DNA of 64,000 bases from Eledone cirrhosa (Eukaryota): assembly GCA_964016885.1 (NCBI GenBank), contig OZ024746.1, forward strand, positions 49,786,001 to 49,850,000. The letters are read 5' to 3'. Positions 1 to 14,100 of the stretch are shown here, one piece after another (positions within the stretch are counted from its first letter, which is position 1; each line of letters opens with the position of its first letter). The notes under the pieces were generated by a model. It was not told the DNA's origin and did not search any database. It saw only the letters and a list, made by a program, of their open reading frames with translations. The position numbers were made by a program, and so were the translations under genes.

Positions 1-5
1 AGAAC

Positions 6-70
<65 letters not shown>
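1..70. repeat. Compound microsatellite (CT)n(CA)n(CTAT)n; left part of the Tx1 target
   Basis: Read directly; (CTAT)n abuts the LINE 5' end. Confidence 0.95.
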
Positions 71-71
<1 letters not shown>

Positions 72-272
72 GATAGAGTAAGACACGCTTCGCATCGGCT
101 CCGCTATTCCATCGGGATTTACCCTTACTATTGTAAGTACCGGATAAATTTTTTAGTGCAACACATTTGGAACACTAACCCCTGTTATTTAGGGAAACAT
201 TTTTGCATTTACCCCCTTTTTAGGGGGTAAAATAAATATCTATTTTTGCCGAAAAATTTCTTTCTTGGCAGC

Positions 273-2108
273 ATGGCGGAAAAGATGGCAGACATGTCTG
301 CCATTAGCTCTGCCACGCCCCCCAAGTCTGAAGAACAAAAAATAATTACAACAAAATTAGACATTGAAACAAACAAACAAAATGAAAAAACAAATGTTAA
401 GGAAAATGAGCAAACAGAAAACAAACAAACAGAAAATAATACAAATAACGACAGGGCAACTTTCGCCCAGAAAACAAAGCAATCCATTACATACACACCA
501 ATTGACCTAACTGCCGCCAGAGAAAAACTGGCCGAAGCAAAGAAACATATTGTTTTGGGGGAAAACGGAATGTTTTCCATTAACTCCCCCCCAGAATTCA
601 AGAAAGCCAGAGCAGAAAACACAGTTATATACAGAACTATACTAAACCAGTCAAGAAAGCCAGCACAGCCCAGCCAAATGGAAATAGAGTTAGTCCTAAA
701 AGACTATATGAAGAATATTCTCTTCATACGAAAGGACCGACTCTATGGCAGCATTTCGGTCCTAACAAGAGACAAAGAAACGGCGGTTCAGCTTTCCCTA
801 AGCCCACTCTCGTCGACAACATATAGCTTCTATCCCTCCTACATGGGTAGAAGAACTCAGAGAATAAAAGTAAAAACAATGCTGCCCACAATGGACTTCT
901 GGTGGGCTATTGCTGGCTTCATTGATATGGGCGAAGACACTATGCTGTCAATGGGGAAGGCAACTGGAGATGCGTTCCTGGGAATGGGCCTCGACATACT
1001 AGTCCAAATGAGGCCCGAAAGAATAGCACAAATCCCGGATCGCATCTGGCTGGATGACCTTACCCCAATAGACATAATTGTAGAGGGGAGAAGACCAGCA
1101 TGCTATTTATGCATGGAAAGGGGACACGTTAAGGCTAACTGCCCGAAACGTATCCCCCAAAAAGGACTATTGCCCACACCCACCACAAACAGTACACCAG
1201 CACCACCCACCTCCAAAAATACACTAATACCACACACAGCAAACAAAATACAGACACCACCAACCACAAACACAACACAAACATCACCACCACCAGCACC
1301 AAACACAAGCACGACACAAAAATCACCACCACCAACCACAACACAAACATCACCACCACCATTACCAACCACAAGCACGACACAAACATTACCACCACCA
1401 CCACCACAAAACCCATTCCAAACAAATAATAAAAAAAACAGTAACAAATCTACCCCTCCCGCAAAAAAAAAACAACCACACAACACGTCCCTCCCACCTA
1501 GCGCTGAAGAGTTTCCCCCAACTTCTGAAGAAGAAGGAGGAGAAGCCTTCAGACAAGTTAAAAGAAAAAAAAGAAAACACACACCCAGCACACCACAAAT
1601 AACCCACACACAAACACCAACTCCAATCAAAAACACCCCACCCTCAACAAACAAAAATAAATCTGCGCCTCCCCTCTCCGAAACATTGACAGCATCACAA
1701 AAAAAGACGTTGCAATACACATATATAAATAAAGAAAACAAAAAACTGGTTAAATTAATAAACAATAACCCTATGGTGCAGACCGAAGGGCCAAACTTTA
1801 TCTCAACAGAGAACTTCACCCATTTAAAAATGATAAAGGTCCCTCTGGACCTTTATCGTTCCTTAAAAGAACAATTTAGACGGGACGTGAGCCCCCCCTG
1901 TTTAAAACCGTTGAATCGCGTCCTCTTGAAAGATTTCCCCATAACCGCCCCTCTCCCTGACACAACTCCAAATACCCCAACCCCACCACACACGTGTACC
2001 CCCACACCACCACAAAACATCCCTCCACCCAACACACCTGATGCCATGGAAATTACGCAACCCGGAGAGGTAAGTGCTTTTCTTTCTTCACTTTCAACAC
2101 CAAAATAG
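273..2108 (+). CDS. Tx1 ORF1 (gag-like nucleic-acid binding protein with zinc knuckle and Pro/Thr-rich tail)
   Basis: Open frame 246-2108, first ATG at 273; motif CYLCMERGHVKANC; basic KRKKRK stretch. Confidence 0.85.
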   Translation: MAEKMADMSAISSATPPKSEEQKIITTKLDIETNKQNEKTNVKENEQTENKQTENNTNNDRATFAQKTKQSITYTPIDLTAAREKLAEAKKHIVLGENGMFSINSPPEFKKARAENTVIYRTILNQSRKPAQPSQMEIELVLKDYMKNILFIRKDRLYGSISVLTRDKETAVQLSLSPLSSTTYSFYPSYMGRRTQRIKVKTMLPTMDFWWAIAGFIDMGEDTMLSMGKATGDAFLGMGLDILVQMRPERIAQIPDRIWLDDLTPIDIIVEGRRPACYLCMERGHVKANCPKRIPQKGLLPTPTTNSTPAPPTSKNTLIPHTANKIQTPPTTNTTQTSPPPAPNTSTTQKSPPPTTTQTSPPPLPTTSTTQTLPPPPPQNPFQTNNKKNSNKSTPPAKKKQPHNTSLPPSAEEFPPTSEEEGGEAFRQVKRKKRKHTPSTPQITHTQTPTPIKNTPPSTNKNKSAPPLSETLTASQKKTLQYTYINKENKKLVKLINNNPMVQTEGPNFISTENFTHLKMIKVPLDLYRSLKEQFRRDVSPPCLKPLNRVLLKDFPITAPLPDTTPNTPTPPHTCTPTPPQNIPPPNTPDAMEITQPGEVSAFLSSLSTPK

Positions 2109-2113
2109 ATCAA

Positions 2114-5100
2114 TTGAGAGTTGGCTGTTTGAACGCGCGTGGCCTGAGCTCAGCTTGGAAGCAAGCAAAGCTTCTAAGTGACCTCAGGTCACAAAGTATA
2201 GATGTGATGGTTGTTTGCGAGAGTCGGATCAGCAGCGTGAGACAGCTGGCGCCCGCCTTCGATGACTTTGAGATGCACGCATCTCTCTGTCAACCCGGAG
2301 GCGGGGGGGGGAGTTGCCGTACTGCTGGATAAACGTCTGACTCTCGACGTACAGATTGTTCACTCGGACCCGGGGGGTCGATTACTGGTGCTGGACGTCG
2401 GAGGTGGTGAAGGCGGGGCTTTCAGACTGGTCGGTCTTTATGCTCCCTTCGGGGCGGAGAGAGCCGACTTCTTCCAACGTCTGGAGACTTTTCTAGGAAC
2501 GTCGCGTTCCCTGCTTTTAGTGGGGGACTGGAATGGAATCCTAGATGCGCGTTGGGACTATGCAGGGGCATGTCCCGATAGAGGGGGGTGTAGCAGCCTC
2601 AAGGGGTTACTCGATCGATTCGACCTGGTCGATAGATTTCGACTAGATTGTCCAACTGCGCCAACCTGGACCTGGGCAAACCGCAGTGGACAATCTAGAT
2701 CGTACCTAGATAGGTTTTTGGTTAGGAGTAAGGATAGGGACGTATTTAGTTGTCCAGAACTGATCATGGTTGGCTATTCAGATCACAAATTAGTGACCTG
2801 CGTGGTCAACCTTGATAGAACGCATAGACAGGGTCCCGGTTACTGGAAGATGAACTTGTCCTTACCGACAAAGAAAGATTACAGAAACCGGATTAGTAGC
2901 TTAGTTAAGATGCGGTTGACGGGAGCGATCGTCAACAGTAGGTGGTGGATATCTCTAAAGAGAGAGATTAGAGTAAGTTCGATAGGTTACAGTAAGGAAC
3001 TAGCGGCGAATAGAAATAGGAGGGAAAGGGAGTTAACAGATAAACTAGAAGAGGCGATTAGGAGCGGAGACGTAGCCAGAGTGTTAGCGACGAGAACGGC
3101 ATTGAGCCAGTTCTTTGACGCGAAGCACGAAGGCTGCGTTGTCCGAAGTAAAATACGTGCTTTAGGAAACGAGGGGACCAAAGCTGTTAGCTGGGCCCGC
3201 GTGACAGAAGCCAAGAGTGGGATTAAATCCACCATTCGGTCTTTGCGAGACCAGGATGGACGGGTGATCCTTGAACCTGAGCGAATGTGCGAGACCTTTC
3301 AAAGGCACTTTGCTCGACTGTTCGGAGGTGGCGGGGGGCCGGACGGGGATGTGGACTTCGGTCCATACCTCGACGGTCTACCGCGTCTTTCGAGCGGCGA
3401 AGCGGAGTGCTGCGAAGGGCCAATCACAGCCACTGAAATCGGGGAAGCGCTCAGCCAATGCAGCAGACGCAAATCCCCGGGTCTCGATGGTCTACCATAC
3501 GAACTTTATTTAGCTATGCCGGTCTTGTTCTCCGAACTCCTCGAGGCTGTCTATTGCAACTGGCAACAGAACGGGAGAATTCCCTGTTCTGTGACCAAGG
3601 GCGTGGTCACGCTAGTGAGGAAGGACGAGAGCAAGGGGGACGACTTAAGTAACTTTAGGCCCATAACTCTGCTGAATGCAGAGTTACAGATTTTGGCCAA
3701 GGTGTTGACGAAGAGGTTGGCGCTTGTGGTGGGTGGTTTGGTGGGAGACGCGCAGACATGCGCTATCCCGTCCAGGTCCATTCACGACAACCTCCACCTC
3801 ATGCGATACATCATAGAGAGGGTTGGCTACGAACCCGGCTTTGGTGGGGCCCTGATCAACTTGGATCAATCTAAGGCGTTCGATAGGGTCGACCATGGTT
3901 ACCTGGATGCGGTGCTAGCGGCGGCGGGCTTCGGACCCGTTTTCAGGGGCTGGATTTCTGCCATGCACAGTGGCAACATCTACTCTAGGATTAAAGTAAA
4001 CGGCTACCTCTCGGAGCCGTTTCAAATCACCCGATCCATCAGACAGGGGTGCCCCCTCTCCTCCCTTCTGTACGTATTGACTCTCGAGCCACTGCTGCGG
4101 AAGTTGGAGTTGCTGCGGGGCATACCCCTGGAACCGGGATTGCACAAAGCGGTCTCGGCCTATGCCGACGACGTAACAGTAATGGTGGCGGACGCCTCGG
4201 AAATCGGGGCGATCGCCACCCTACTGGAGGAATACGAAAGGCTGACGGGGGCTAAGCTGAACCAGGACAAGTCAGTCGGTTTGCAACTCGGAACGTGGAG
4301 GGGCAAACCGATGCCGTTAGACGGTGTCGTCGGGCGGTGGACGGAGGGCCCGGTGAAGCTGCTCGGGGTCTGGTTCGGACCGGACCTCCAGGTGGAGAAG
4401 AATTGGGGCGAGGTGACGAGCAGGGTGTTTGCGCTGACCCAGAAGTGGGCCAAGTGCAAACTATCACTGAAAGGTCGGGCGGAGGTGACGAACGCTTACA
4501 TAGCGTCCGTCATCTACTACCGCCTGACCGTCGTGCCTTGCCCCAAGGAAAAGCTCACCATCATGGAACGCATGCTCTTCCAGTTCCTCTGGAAGAAGCG
4601 GCCTCCCATGGTGAGGAGATCCATCTGCTGCCAGCACCCTTCGAAAGGAGGGCTGGGTATGCCGTGGCTGTTGATGCGTAGGCACGCATTGAGGCTACGG
4701 CATCTACAGGTATTCCTCAACGGTCAGCCGGTGTGGGCCCCGTTTGTGAGGCGAGCCTTCCCACAGCTCGTCTCGCTCACCGAACTGCAATCCTGGGTGA
4801 AGCAAAGACCGAGAAAACTGGGCAACTGGCACACTGAGTGTGCCCAGGCGCTCACGGCTATCTGGCAAGCGGACCCGACTGTCAGTGGAGAATCCACCTC
4901 GACATTCTATAGAGGGTTGGTGGCTAGCAGGGGCGACGACACCCTTGGAGAGTCGCTAGGCATGGAGGAGGACGAACTGGCCAGCCTGTTCGGTAGAACT
5001 TTCGGCCCGGGACCCATGGACAACTTCCAGAGGTCCCTAGCCTGGCAGTGTTACCGGGGGGCTCTGCCCGTTCGAGAAAAGCTCTACAGACACGGGCGCC

Positions 5101-5484
5101 CGGGCAGGGATCCCGCGAAAAAGATCTGTCCCAGATGCGTGCGCGACGAGGAAACCGTTGCGCATGCACTGGTACACTGCCCGGGCGTTGCCGATCTGTG
5201 GGGCTACGTCGAAGCCGCCTCCTCCCTTCAGAAATGAAGCAGAGGCGGTCTTTCTGTGCGTAATAGCCATGATGAAAGAGGTTGTGTGGTGGACGCGCCT
5301 GAAAGGTCTGAGGTCGGGTGACTTTCTCTCCGGCCATCACCTGGTTTACTTCTTCCGATACCACTTCGGAAGAAGAATCAGGATGGAGAGAGAAGTGCTT
5401 GGTCCCAGACAGTTTTATGAAAGGTGGGTGAAAGAAGCGAGAATGGCCCGTGTAAATGGGCCTTCTCTCTACATTGTTCTGTAG
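2114..5484 (+). pseudogene. Tx1 ORF2 (APE endonuclease + reverse transcriptase), two frameshifts
   Basis: LRVGCLNARGL, GDWN, SYLDRF, SDHK (APE); FRPITLLN, LDQSKAFDRV, IRQGCPLS, YADD (RT); CPRC..HALVHC. Extra G in G9 run 2303-2311; deletion near 5212 relative to the sister copy shifts the last exon-like piece to frame 5158-5484. Confidence 0.9.
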
Positions 5485-5717
5485 GTGAAGAAGTGAAGAG
5501 GAAAGGGGGAGCGCCTCCTCTCTGGGCTTCCCCCGCGAAAAGAGTTGCACACTTTTCGGGGGTATGTGCAATCCCCAACACGCCCCCTCCCTTTTGAGGA
5601 CTTTTTATTGTTATATTATTATTGTTATTCCTTTTTTCTTTACTCGATTTATGTAAACTCCCCCACTGTGTAAATGTCCCCTTCTTTTGTGCCCTCGTGG
5701 CAAATAAATAGAAATTT

Positions 5718-5781
5718 ATCTATCTATCTATCTATCTATCCATCCATCTATCTATCTATCTATCTATCCATCCATCCATCC

Positions 5782-5844
<63 letters not shown>

Positions 5845-5861
5845 CATCCATCTATCTATCC
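5718..5861. repeat. (ATCT)n/(ATCC)n microsatellite between the two Tx1 copies
   Basis: Read directly. Confidence 0.95.
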
Positions 5862-6633
5862 ACTGGCCAGTCAGTTCGGTAGGACCTTCCGCCCGGGACC
5901 AATGGACAACTTCCAAAAGTCCCTGGCGTGGCAGTGCTACCGAGGAGCTCTACCAGTTCGAGACAAGCTCTACAGACACGGGCGCCCGCAAAAGATCTGT
6001 CCGAGATGCGTGCGCGACGAGGAAACCGTCGCACACGCATTTGTACACTGCCCGGGCGTTACCGACTATGTAGAACGACTATTGTCGCGGGTGGGACCAG
6101 TCCAGTTGACCACCGAGTCAATGATCAAACCGCCACCCTCCTTCAAAAACGAGGGAGAGGCGGTTTTCCTATGTGTTATGGCTATGGTGAAAGAGGTTAT
6201 ATGGTGGACGAGGTTAAAAGGGCTGAGGTCAGACACCTTTCTCTCCGGCGAGCAACTGATTCGTTTTTTCAAATATCATTTTGGAAGAAGAATCAGGATG
6301 GAGAGAGAGGTACTGTACCCCAGCAAATTTTATAAAAGGTGGGTGAATGTGGCAAAGATGGCCCGAGTGGTTAGGCCTTCTCTCTATATAAGCCTGTAGG
6401 TTGAGGAAAAAGAGGAAGAGAGGAAAGGAGTACTCACTCTTGGTGCTCCTGGAGATGAGGGTTGTACATTTTTTCGGGGTGTGTACAACCCCTGTGTAAC
6501 ACCTCCCCCCTATTGAGAATTTCAATTGTTATTTGTTCTTTTATTAATAGTTTTATTTTCATATACCTGTATGTAAACTCCCCATTTGTATTTGTCCCCT
6601 TCTTTTGTGCCCTTGTGGTTAATAAAGAAATTT
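5862..6633 (+). mobile_element. 5'-truncated Tx1 copy (related subfamily), ORF2 C-terminus + 3' UTR
   Basis: FGRTFRPGPMDNFQKSLAWQCYRGALPVRDKL..CPRC aligns with 4977-5717; ends AATAAAGAAATTT then (ATCT)n. Confidence 0.9.
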
Positions 6634-7029
6634 ATCTATCTATCTATCCATCTCTCTCTCTCTCTATCTTCTTACTTATCTATCGACGGCAATTTTAAAT
6701 ATTGCAAGGCAGTCTCATAAGTCTCTGGTTATGGTAAAACGTAGAGAAAGAAAAATCGAGCTTACTATATTAAATATAATTCAGACTTATCAACTCTCCC
6801 CATCCACTTTGGGGTGGGTAAGAGATGGCTATAGCTTTCATTACGTAAAATGTCCCCCTTTTACCTCATTTCGCCCCATTTTGGGGCACTTTTTTTCATG
6901 GTACTTACCATTTAGGTTTTTAAAGGCTGGCAGGTCTGAAAATATGAAAGAAATACCTCATAAATCTCTGCAGTGACAAATATTTGTTTCAATGCATTCT
7001 CAACTCTCCAGGCTGGACTGGTTTGTCGA

Positions 7030-7520
7030 ATATCCTTTATGACAGAAGTGAAGTGCCAGGCAATTGATGGTTACATAGTGTTAGATCGGTGATTCTGAAA
7101 CGAGAGGCACTCAGCTCCCAAGGGAAGAATTTCAAATCTCACATGACGAATTGTAGCCGAGGCAGGAGTTCGGGAAGGACAGCGGAAGAACCTAAATAGA
7201 GAAAGAATAGTACACATTGAGTATATATGAAGGGAAATAGCAGCAAATCCAACTATATCACTGATCATAAATAAACAGTTAGATGATTCCATCCTCGGAA
7301 AAAAAACCAACAACAAAAAGAAACTGTTACTTCAGACTTAATCCTGTGTGCGATTATAGGATTACCGAGGTTTGAAAAGCTTCCTCATGTTAATGTGGTG
7401 TTTGGGTAAAAAATTAATAGATGGCAACTGAAAATGAGGGAAGAATTGAGGAAACTTGAGATTGCAAAAGAAAAGAATGTGACCTGGGTCATAAGAGCCA
7501 TTGTGTCAAGTGCCCCCCCC
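7030..7520 (+). mobile_element. Possible highly decayed RLE-type (R4/Dong-like) LINE C-terminal fragment
   Basis: Broken peptides WLHSV..LKRE and ELRKLE..VTWVIRAIV loosely resemble that region; no intact motif. Confidence 0.25.
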
Positions 7521-8287
7521 CCGCCGCACGCCCCACAAAAAATATATATCGAAAGAACCAAGAGGCTTATAAGTTACTTCGTAGTGTGTTCGACAGAGGA
7601 AAAAAAAAAACAATGGTTAAAGGAACTTCATCTTTTATTGGATGAAGTGCTTTCATGACTATCTAAGAGAACATTATCCAAATCCCATCTTACTATTTTA
7701 AGAGTTGAGGGAAATTTGGGTCCTTCATATAGTAGGGTCCTTCATATACTGACCACGTAGAAATCTTCCCTCATTGAGTCATGACGATGGAGATTACTAT
7801 TACTGTTATTACTGTTATGGTTGTTGTAGTTGTTGTTGTTGTTGCTTAGACTCGTAGCCAGGCTTGATCAAGTATGTATATGATTAAAGGCGCTCCAGCC
7901 GGAAACATGGTATGTTTCTTTTCCAATCTAGAATAACATTTTTCAGCGTAGCTTTATTTTTAAAAAGACAATGGTGTAAGTGATTTGAGGGAGAATTGGC
8001 TGCTATTTCTTGCAGGTCGTGTGCCTTCGTATAAGCCCTCACCTACTGGCTCGTAACGTGAAAGTTTAGTTGTAAGCCAATCGGTGCTAACTAATATGAA
8101 ATATTTCATACAACAACGTTCATACTTTTCTTAAACACATTAGAGATGATAGGGAGTGAAACAGCTCTACCTGGGATCCAAACCCAAGTCGTTGATATCA
8201 CTAATTTGAAATATAACTCTCATCTAAGAGAAAAGAAGAGGGACAGTCAGTATAAAGTGTGCTTCCAATTTCTGGTAAGAAAGAAGA

Positions 8288-8842
<555 letters not shown>

Positions 8843-9682
8843 TTATTTCATTACTTCAGCTCTGGCCTCTGGTTACATGCTAATCAATCTAAATATTTTC
8901 TGTCTGTTTAACTCTCTACAGATTCATTGGCAATAAGATAAGTGAACGAGACAGAAAGAAAAAAGAAAAACTAAGCTAAAATAAAACCCTCCCAAAACAA
9001 AGCAACATCAACAAACAAACAAATAAAGCAAAAAAAAAAAAATCCAAAGGGAGATAATTCGTCGATGACCAATGCATAGTTTTCATGTTATGTACATTTT
9101 AATGCGCCATAATAGCATCTGCATTCTTTTTTCTTTCTCTCCAGTATATATATAAACTTTCGATATTTTCTATATATTCTATATATATCCTATATAGTTC
9201 TGCACCTCTATTCAAGTTACACAAAAAAATATCTATATTTCTGCATGTATGCATTTAGGTGCACGTACATATCTATTCATTCATTCACATTGCATGTGCA
9301 TAATTCCATAACGTATTTTTGAGTATGTATTCTGATAGCGTTTACATACTGAACTCACACAGCGCATAAAATGGTAAGCACTTAAAAGTCGTAATCCTTG
9401 CTAGATATTGTAATGCGAAGAGTTGCTTTCCGAAAATAGTGGAACATTTTTGACAGACTCCTACGTTGGTTCTCGAAATGGAAATGTCTTTTTATTTAAG
9501 GTAGTCCGAAGTAGAGATTACACAAGAACCATTTGAAATTTTGCCAATAAATAAAAGTCTGTAGTGGTTTTTACTGTTGTGGCGGCTGTTGCTGTTCTTA
9601 TAACATTCCTTTCTGTCTAGGCTGAAATGTATTTTTCTCTTTCACTCACTCTCTTTCGCTTCACCCAGACACATACATACTT

Positions 9683-9964
<282 letters not shown>

Positions 9965-10327
9965 CCATTATTCGGTTTATCCTATATCCTATGAAGTGTT
10001 TATGACAAATTCTAGTGAAGTTCTTTGAGCGACACAAATTGCAGTTCAATCTACGGTGTTATTGATTTCATTTCTCAGGATTTATACGCTAAAATCACGT
10101 ATAGAAGCGTTTGTGTATTATATGCGTATACACACACACACATATATATGCGTATACAAACACACACATATATATGTGCGTATACGCATATAATATATAT
10201 ATACACGTGTTTGCGTAAGAAATTAATATATTTTTCAAAATGTTTATACCACTTCTGTGCCTAATACATTGTGCGGTAGATATGTGTTCAGTATGAATAG
10301 TATACTTCATAATTCAATTGTGTAAAT

Positions 10328-10673
10328 CAGGGGTTCTCAACCGTTTTTGCATCAATGACCACTTTCACATAGACACATTTTCCATCGTTCACCTGTACAG
10401 CAAATATTCAAAAGCATACCAAAACTGCTTGGTAAACGTTTGTTACTGGTTCGTTATTCCCATTTAGCCTCCTGTTTTTTATACAGGTTCTCTACATATC
10501 TACTTTGAATTTTCTTTTCGGGTAGCATATGTTGAAATACCTTCTTAATACTCAAAATCCTATATCGCCCACCAAAATTTCTAATCTATTATTTCCTGTT
10601 CAATTTTTCATCGCCCACCCAACAATTGAAATCGCCCACCGGTAGGCAATATCGCTAATGTTGGGAAACTCTA
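10328..10673. mobile_element. Non-autonomous hAT (Charlie-like) DNA transposon / MITE
   Basis: Imperfect TIRs CAGGGGTTCTCAAC ... GTTGGGAAACTCTA; perfect 8-bp TSD GTGTAAAT at 10320-10327 and 10674-10681. Confidence 0.8.
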
Positions 10674-11259
10674 GTGTAAATAGGTAAGTCATTCGTATCA
10701 AATAAGAACTCATAATCAAGTGGAAATGAAAACAGTTTTAAATTAATTTAAACTAATATTAAGCATATTTTTACCTTTTTTTCTTGAAATACATTCATTT
10801 TTAAATGACTTTTAAAAATTAGTGGAAACCAATAGAAATATAATCAATCTCATAACGGGTGGAAACCGGAGTACCGAAAGTTAACCCACACTTCCAAATA
10901 TTGAAACTGGCCAAGAGCAATTCTTGTATCAATACACAAATGACATTAAGAATTGTGAGGAATCTCAGTTTTGTGACATTTAGATCTGTAATCGTCAAAG
11001 CCTTAGGAATTCTTCACACTGCCATGACAGCATCATCTCATCTCAGAATGCACAATATTTCTAGTTTTACTAGTAAGTACTTAAATAAAGAGATCGGTTT
11101 GGGGTGGGGGCTTCTCATTCTTGAGCATCTTACATAAAATTGACTATGGCCAAAGTAAGATTACTGTCTATCTGCTTTTACTGTCCTCACAACTCACTTG
11201 CATTTAGCAAGTGTGGGGCATAGTTTCCATAGTATTGATAAAAACATCATTAATAAAAA

Positions 11260-11640
11260 AAAAATTAAGTTGCAAGAGAATCTTAAGAGAAGCTGTAGTC
11301 AGAAATTTCCAAAAGGTCACTTGACTGATTTGCATGAAGTCGCTCACCTACATATTCCAAACTGTGCTGTCTCCTTACTCTGTTTTTACTACAGATACTT
11401 CACCGGTCTTTGGGCATCCTGTCACTTCCACTTCAACCCACCCAACCCACTCGTCTTTTCTCCTCATTTGACCCTTACCCGTCCGTCACACTAACAATGT
11501 AAACCATCTGGAATTCTTTCCTACTATGTTTTGAGTTTTGTTGCAGTCAACTTGCAGTTGTTATAGAATAACATTAACCGAGCCAATCTAATTGGTCGTG
11601 GATGGCCTGTGAAGGCCGTGAGCACAGCTCTTTCCTCTCA
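11260..11640 (+). mobile_element. Decayed LINE 3' fragment (CR1/Jockey-like)
   Basis: Peptide CAVSLLCFYYRYFTGL resembles the conserved VASLxLFYRYY C-terminal block. Confidence 0.35.
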
Positions 11641-13227
11641 CCATGAAACCATTTTATAAAATAAAAAAAATTGTCAGTAACACATTATCAGTGATACGAT
11701 ATGAACAGCCAACCATTTAGCTTCATTTCTGTTATGCTATCAACTCTCTCTTTTCCGCTCTCAACTAAAGCATAGCAACTAAAGAACGAATAGATGCATG
11801 CAATTGAATGTTATACATTTCCAACGTACATTTAAGAAATATATCGCCGAACCATTGGATATTTTGGAGTTTTGAGAATACTGTCTGATTCGATATAATA
11901 ACATATTGATTTTATTTCACTATTTGTCGTCCGGACAGTTCTTCAAATATTTTAAAATTTAATGAAAGCCTAAAATTTGATTATTTTGGAAAAGAAAATT
12001 TGATTATTAAACATTTCGTGAATTCGTTTGTTTTTCCGTTTTCTATGTGTTTATTTTTTTTTTATTAAACAAATCTATTGTAATACCATCTTGACACGTA
12101 TTTAACTGAAGTCTGAGAAGCTTCCCGAAGTAAATATGTTTTTACCATTAAGGTGTACATGAAACCAGAAACATCGATTTTGCTGAGAGAAGGAAAGAAT
12201 CAAAATAAAGAAAAAAAAGGAAAAATAAAAATAAATAAATGGCTAACGGCAATTTAAATCTTTTGCACTTATTTGATTTTATGTATTTATTTCAAAAACA
12301 GGGAAAAAAACCTTTTTATGTTGTTTTCTGTTTCAAATTTAGCCTTGTGTTATGTAGTTACCCAGTGACATTGAATGTTACTTAGTAAAAGGTATAAAAT
12401 AAAAAGATGAAAAATAATAGGAAAAGAAATCTTTAAAACGAAACAAATGTTAAATAATTGAGAGACAGATAAACTAAATAGCTGGATTGATTGATGTATG
12501 GGTGAACAGATTGATAAACTGATAGCTAGCTAAGATATATAAGATGACAGTAAAAACAAAGAAAGAAAGAAAACTAGGAGTGGGGAGAGAAAAAGAAGTA
12601 ACGAATCAGAGAAACTAAATGTTTTCCAACTGATTCTATGATGCAAAATGGATTTGTAGATCGGAAATTGTTGTTTTAGTAAATCTTGTTCGCGTGAAAT
12701 TCGAGTAAAGCAAACGAAAACAAACAGGTCTTGGACAACATCTTGGTAAGAAGAATAAGAATAAATATAAGCATAACAAGAAGAAGGGGGAGAAGAAGAA
12801 CTTGTCAATAGCTTCATCACGTTCATTTGACTTTATGTTGATGGTAGAAGGAAGGAGAAGATGAAACAACAATGCGGAGAATTTCGAACAGAAATCAGAT
12901 GAGAAACTAACCAAACTACAAATAACGAATTTCTTCTGCAAACATCATTTAGATAACAAATAATAAATATTTACATATTCTACACATTCGTGCGATGAAG
13001 TCAGATGCTTGACCTTTCGTTAACTGGTCAGATTAATACAGTCAGTCACCGTTCTACTGTTTCAGCAATCTTCACCGTCTCAATCATAATCTCATATCGA
13101 AACAAACAAGAAATTCACTCCGACCCTCAATCTCCTAGAAACAGCAGACAAATCCTCCTTAAATCGTGGTCAACCGTTTTAAAATAGGAAGGAAGGATTC
13201 ACTGAAATATATATATATATATATATA

Positions 13228-13349
13228 GGCAGTTCGGATCTAGCCGTCGGGGTCCTGACTCTTTTCCTATTACCCACTCTACTACCTTAAGTATCGAGTA
13301 CTCTGGTGCGGTATGGTCCACCTGGTTCCTTACCACACTTTCTTTGTTA
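13228..13349 (+). mobile_element. Short dispersed element, half-hammerhead family (copy with internal deletion)
   Basis: Matches 36480-36618, 48152-48280 and 51255-51410; deleted between the two AGCCGTC direct repeats; flanked by microsatellites. Confidence 0.7.
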
Positions 13350-13376
13350 TACACACACACACACACACACACATAC

Positions 13377-13446
<70 letters not shown>

Positions 13447-13844
13447 TTATATTTATATCTTAAATTTATATAATTGATGTTCTGGCCTAAGGTCCATTGA
13501 GCTTTTTTATTGAGAAACACGATCATATATTTAATACATAATATATACAAATCTCTCTACAAATTTACACACATACACAGCTCTTGCTACGAATTTACAT
13601 ACACATATACACCTGCTACTACAAATTTATATATATGATATACAGTTGTCATCACAGATTTACATGCAGCCATACAGCTCTCTGTAAAATATTTACATAA
13701 TATAAATTTACATACACAAATGTAGCTGTCAGCACAAATTTATATGCAGACGTCTATGAGAATGAATTAATATATAGCTAATGATGGATCGATTCTCTAA
13801 TTGCTTTGACGATGAACATTCAGTCGTTCGAATAACTGAATGTC

Positions 13845-14100
13845 TTACTCATGAATTAACGTGTAAGTGGTTGAGTATCCCGCAGGTATGCGTACCCTTA
13901 ACGTAATTCTCGGACTGAATCAACGTTACACAAAATGTGAAAAGTTGAATGTTTAAATTACAGGTACAACCCTTTAGACGTACGTCTATACAATTTCCAT
14001 CTACCTGAGGTTATGGTAAAGACACTTGCCTAATATGTCACACTCCTGGTTAGAACTCCAGACCTCATGATTACGATGCGAACTTAATCACTCAGTTGTG
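13845..14100 (-). mobile_element. Decayed SINE-like interspersed repeat (second family)
   Basis: Similar to 50075-50340 (CTCATGAATTAxCGTGTxAGTGGTTGAGTAT...TTAACGTAATT); degenerate tRNA-like head at the right end. Confidence 0.5.

Larger units (their letters stand above)
71..5717 (+). mobile_element. Near full-length non-LTR retrotransposon, L1/Tx1 clade, inserted in (ATCT)n
   Basis: ORF1 has a CCHC knuckle; ORF2 has APE endonuclease, RT and C-terminal CxxC..HxxxxC; 3' end AAATAAATAGAAATTT runs straight into (ATCT)n; (CTAT)n on the 5' side. Confidence 0.92.

Noticed and set aside
2303-2311. Programmed frameshift in Tx1 ORF2
   Set aside because: A single extra G in a G9 run is better explained by slippage or sequencing error
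209-5581. Antisense and alternate-frame ORFs over the Tx1 element
   Set aside because: By-products of strand compositional bias and high GC in ORF2
12530-12941. Possible host exon in non-repetitive sequence
   Set aside because: No recognisable domain, no ATG start and no convincing splice sites; it could still be UTR
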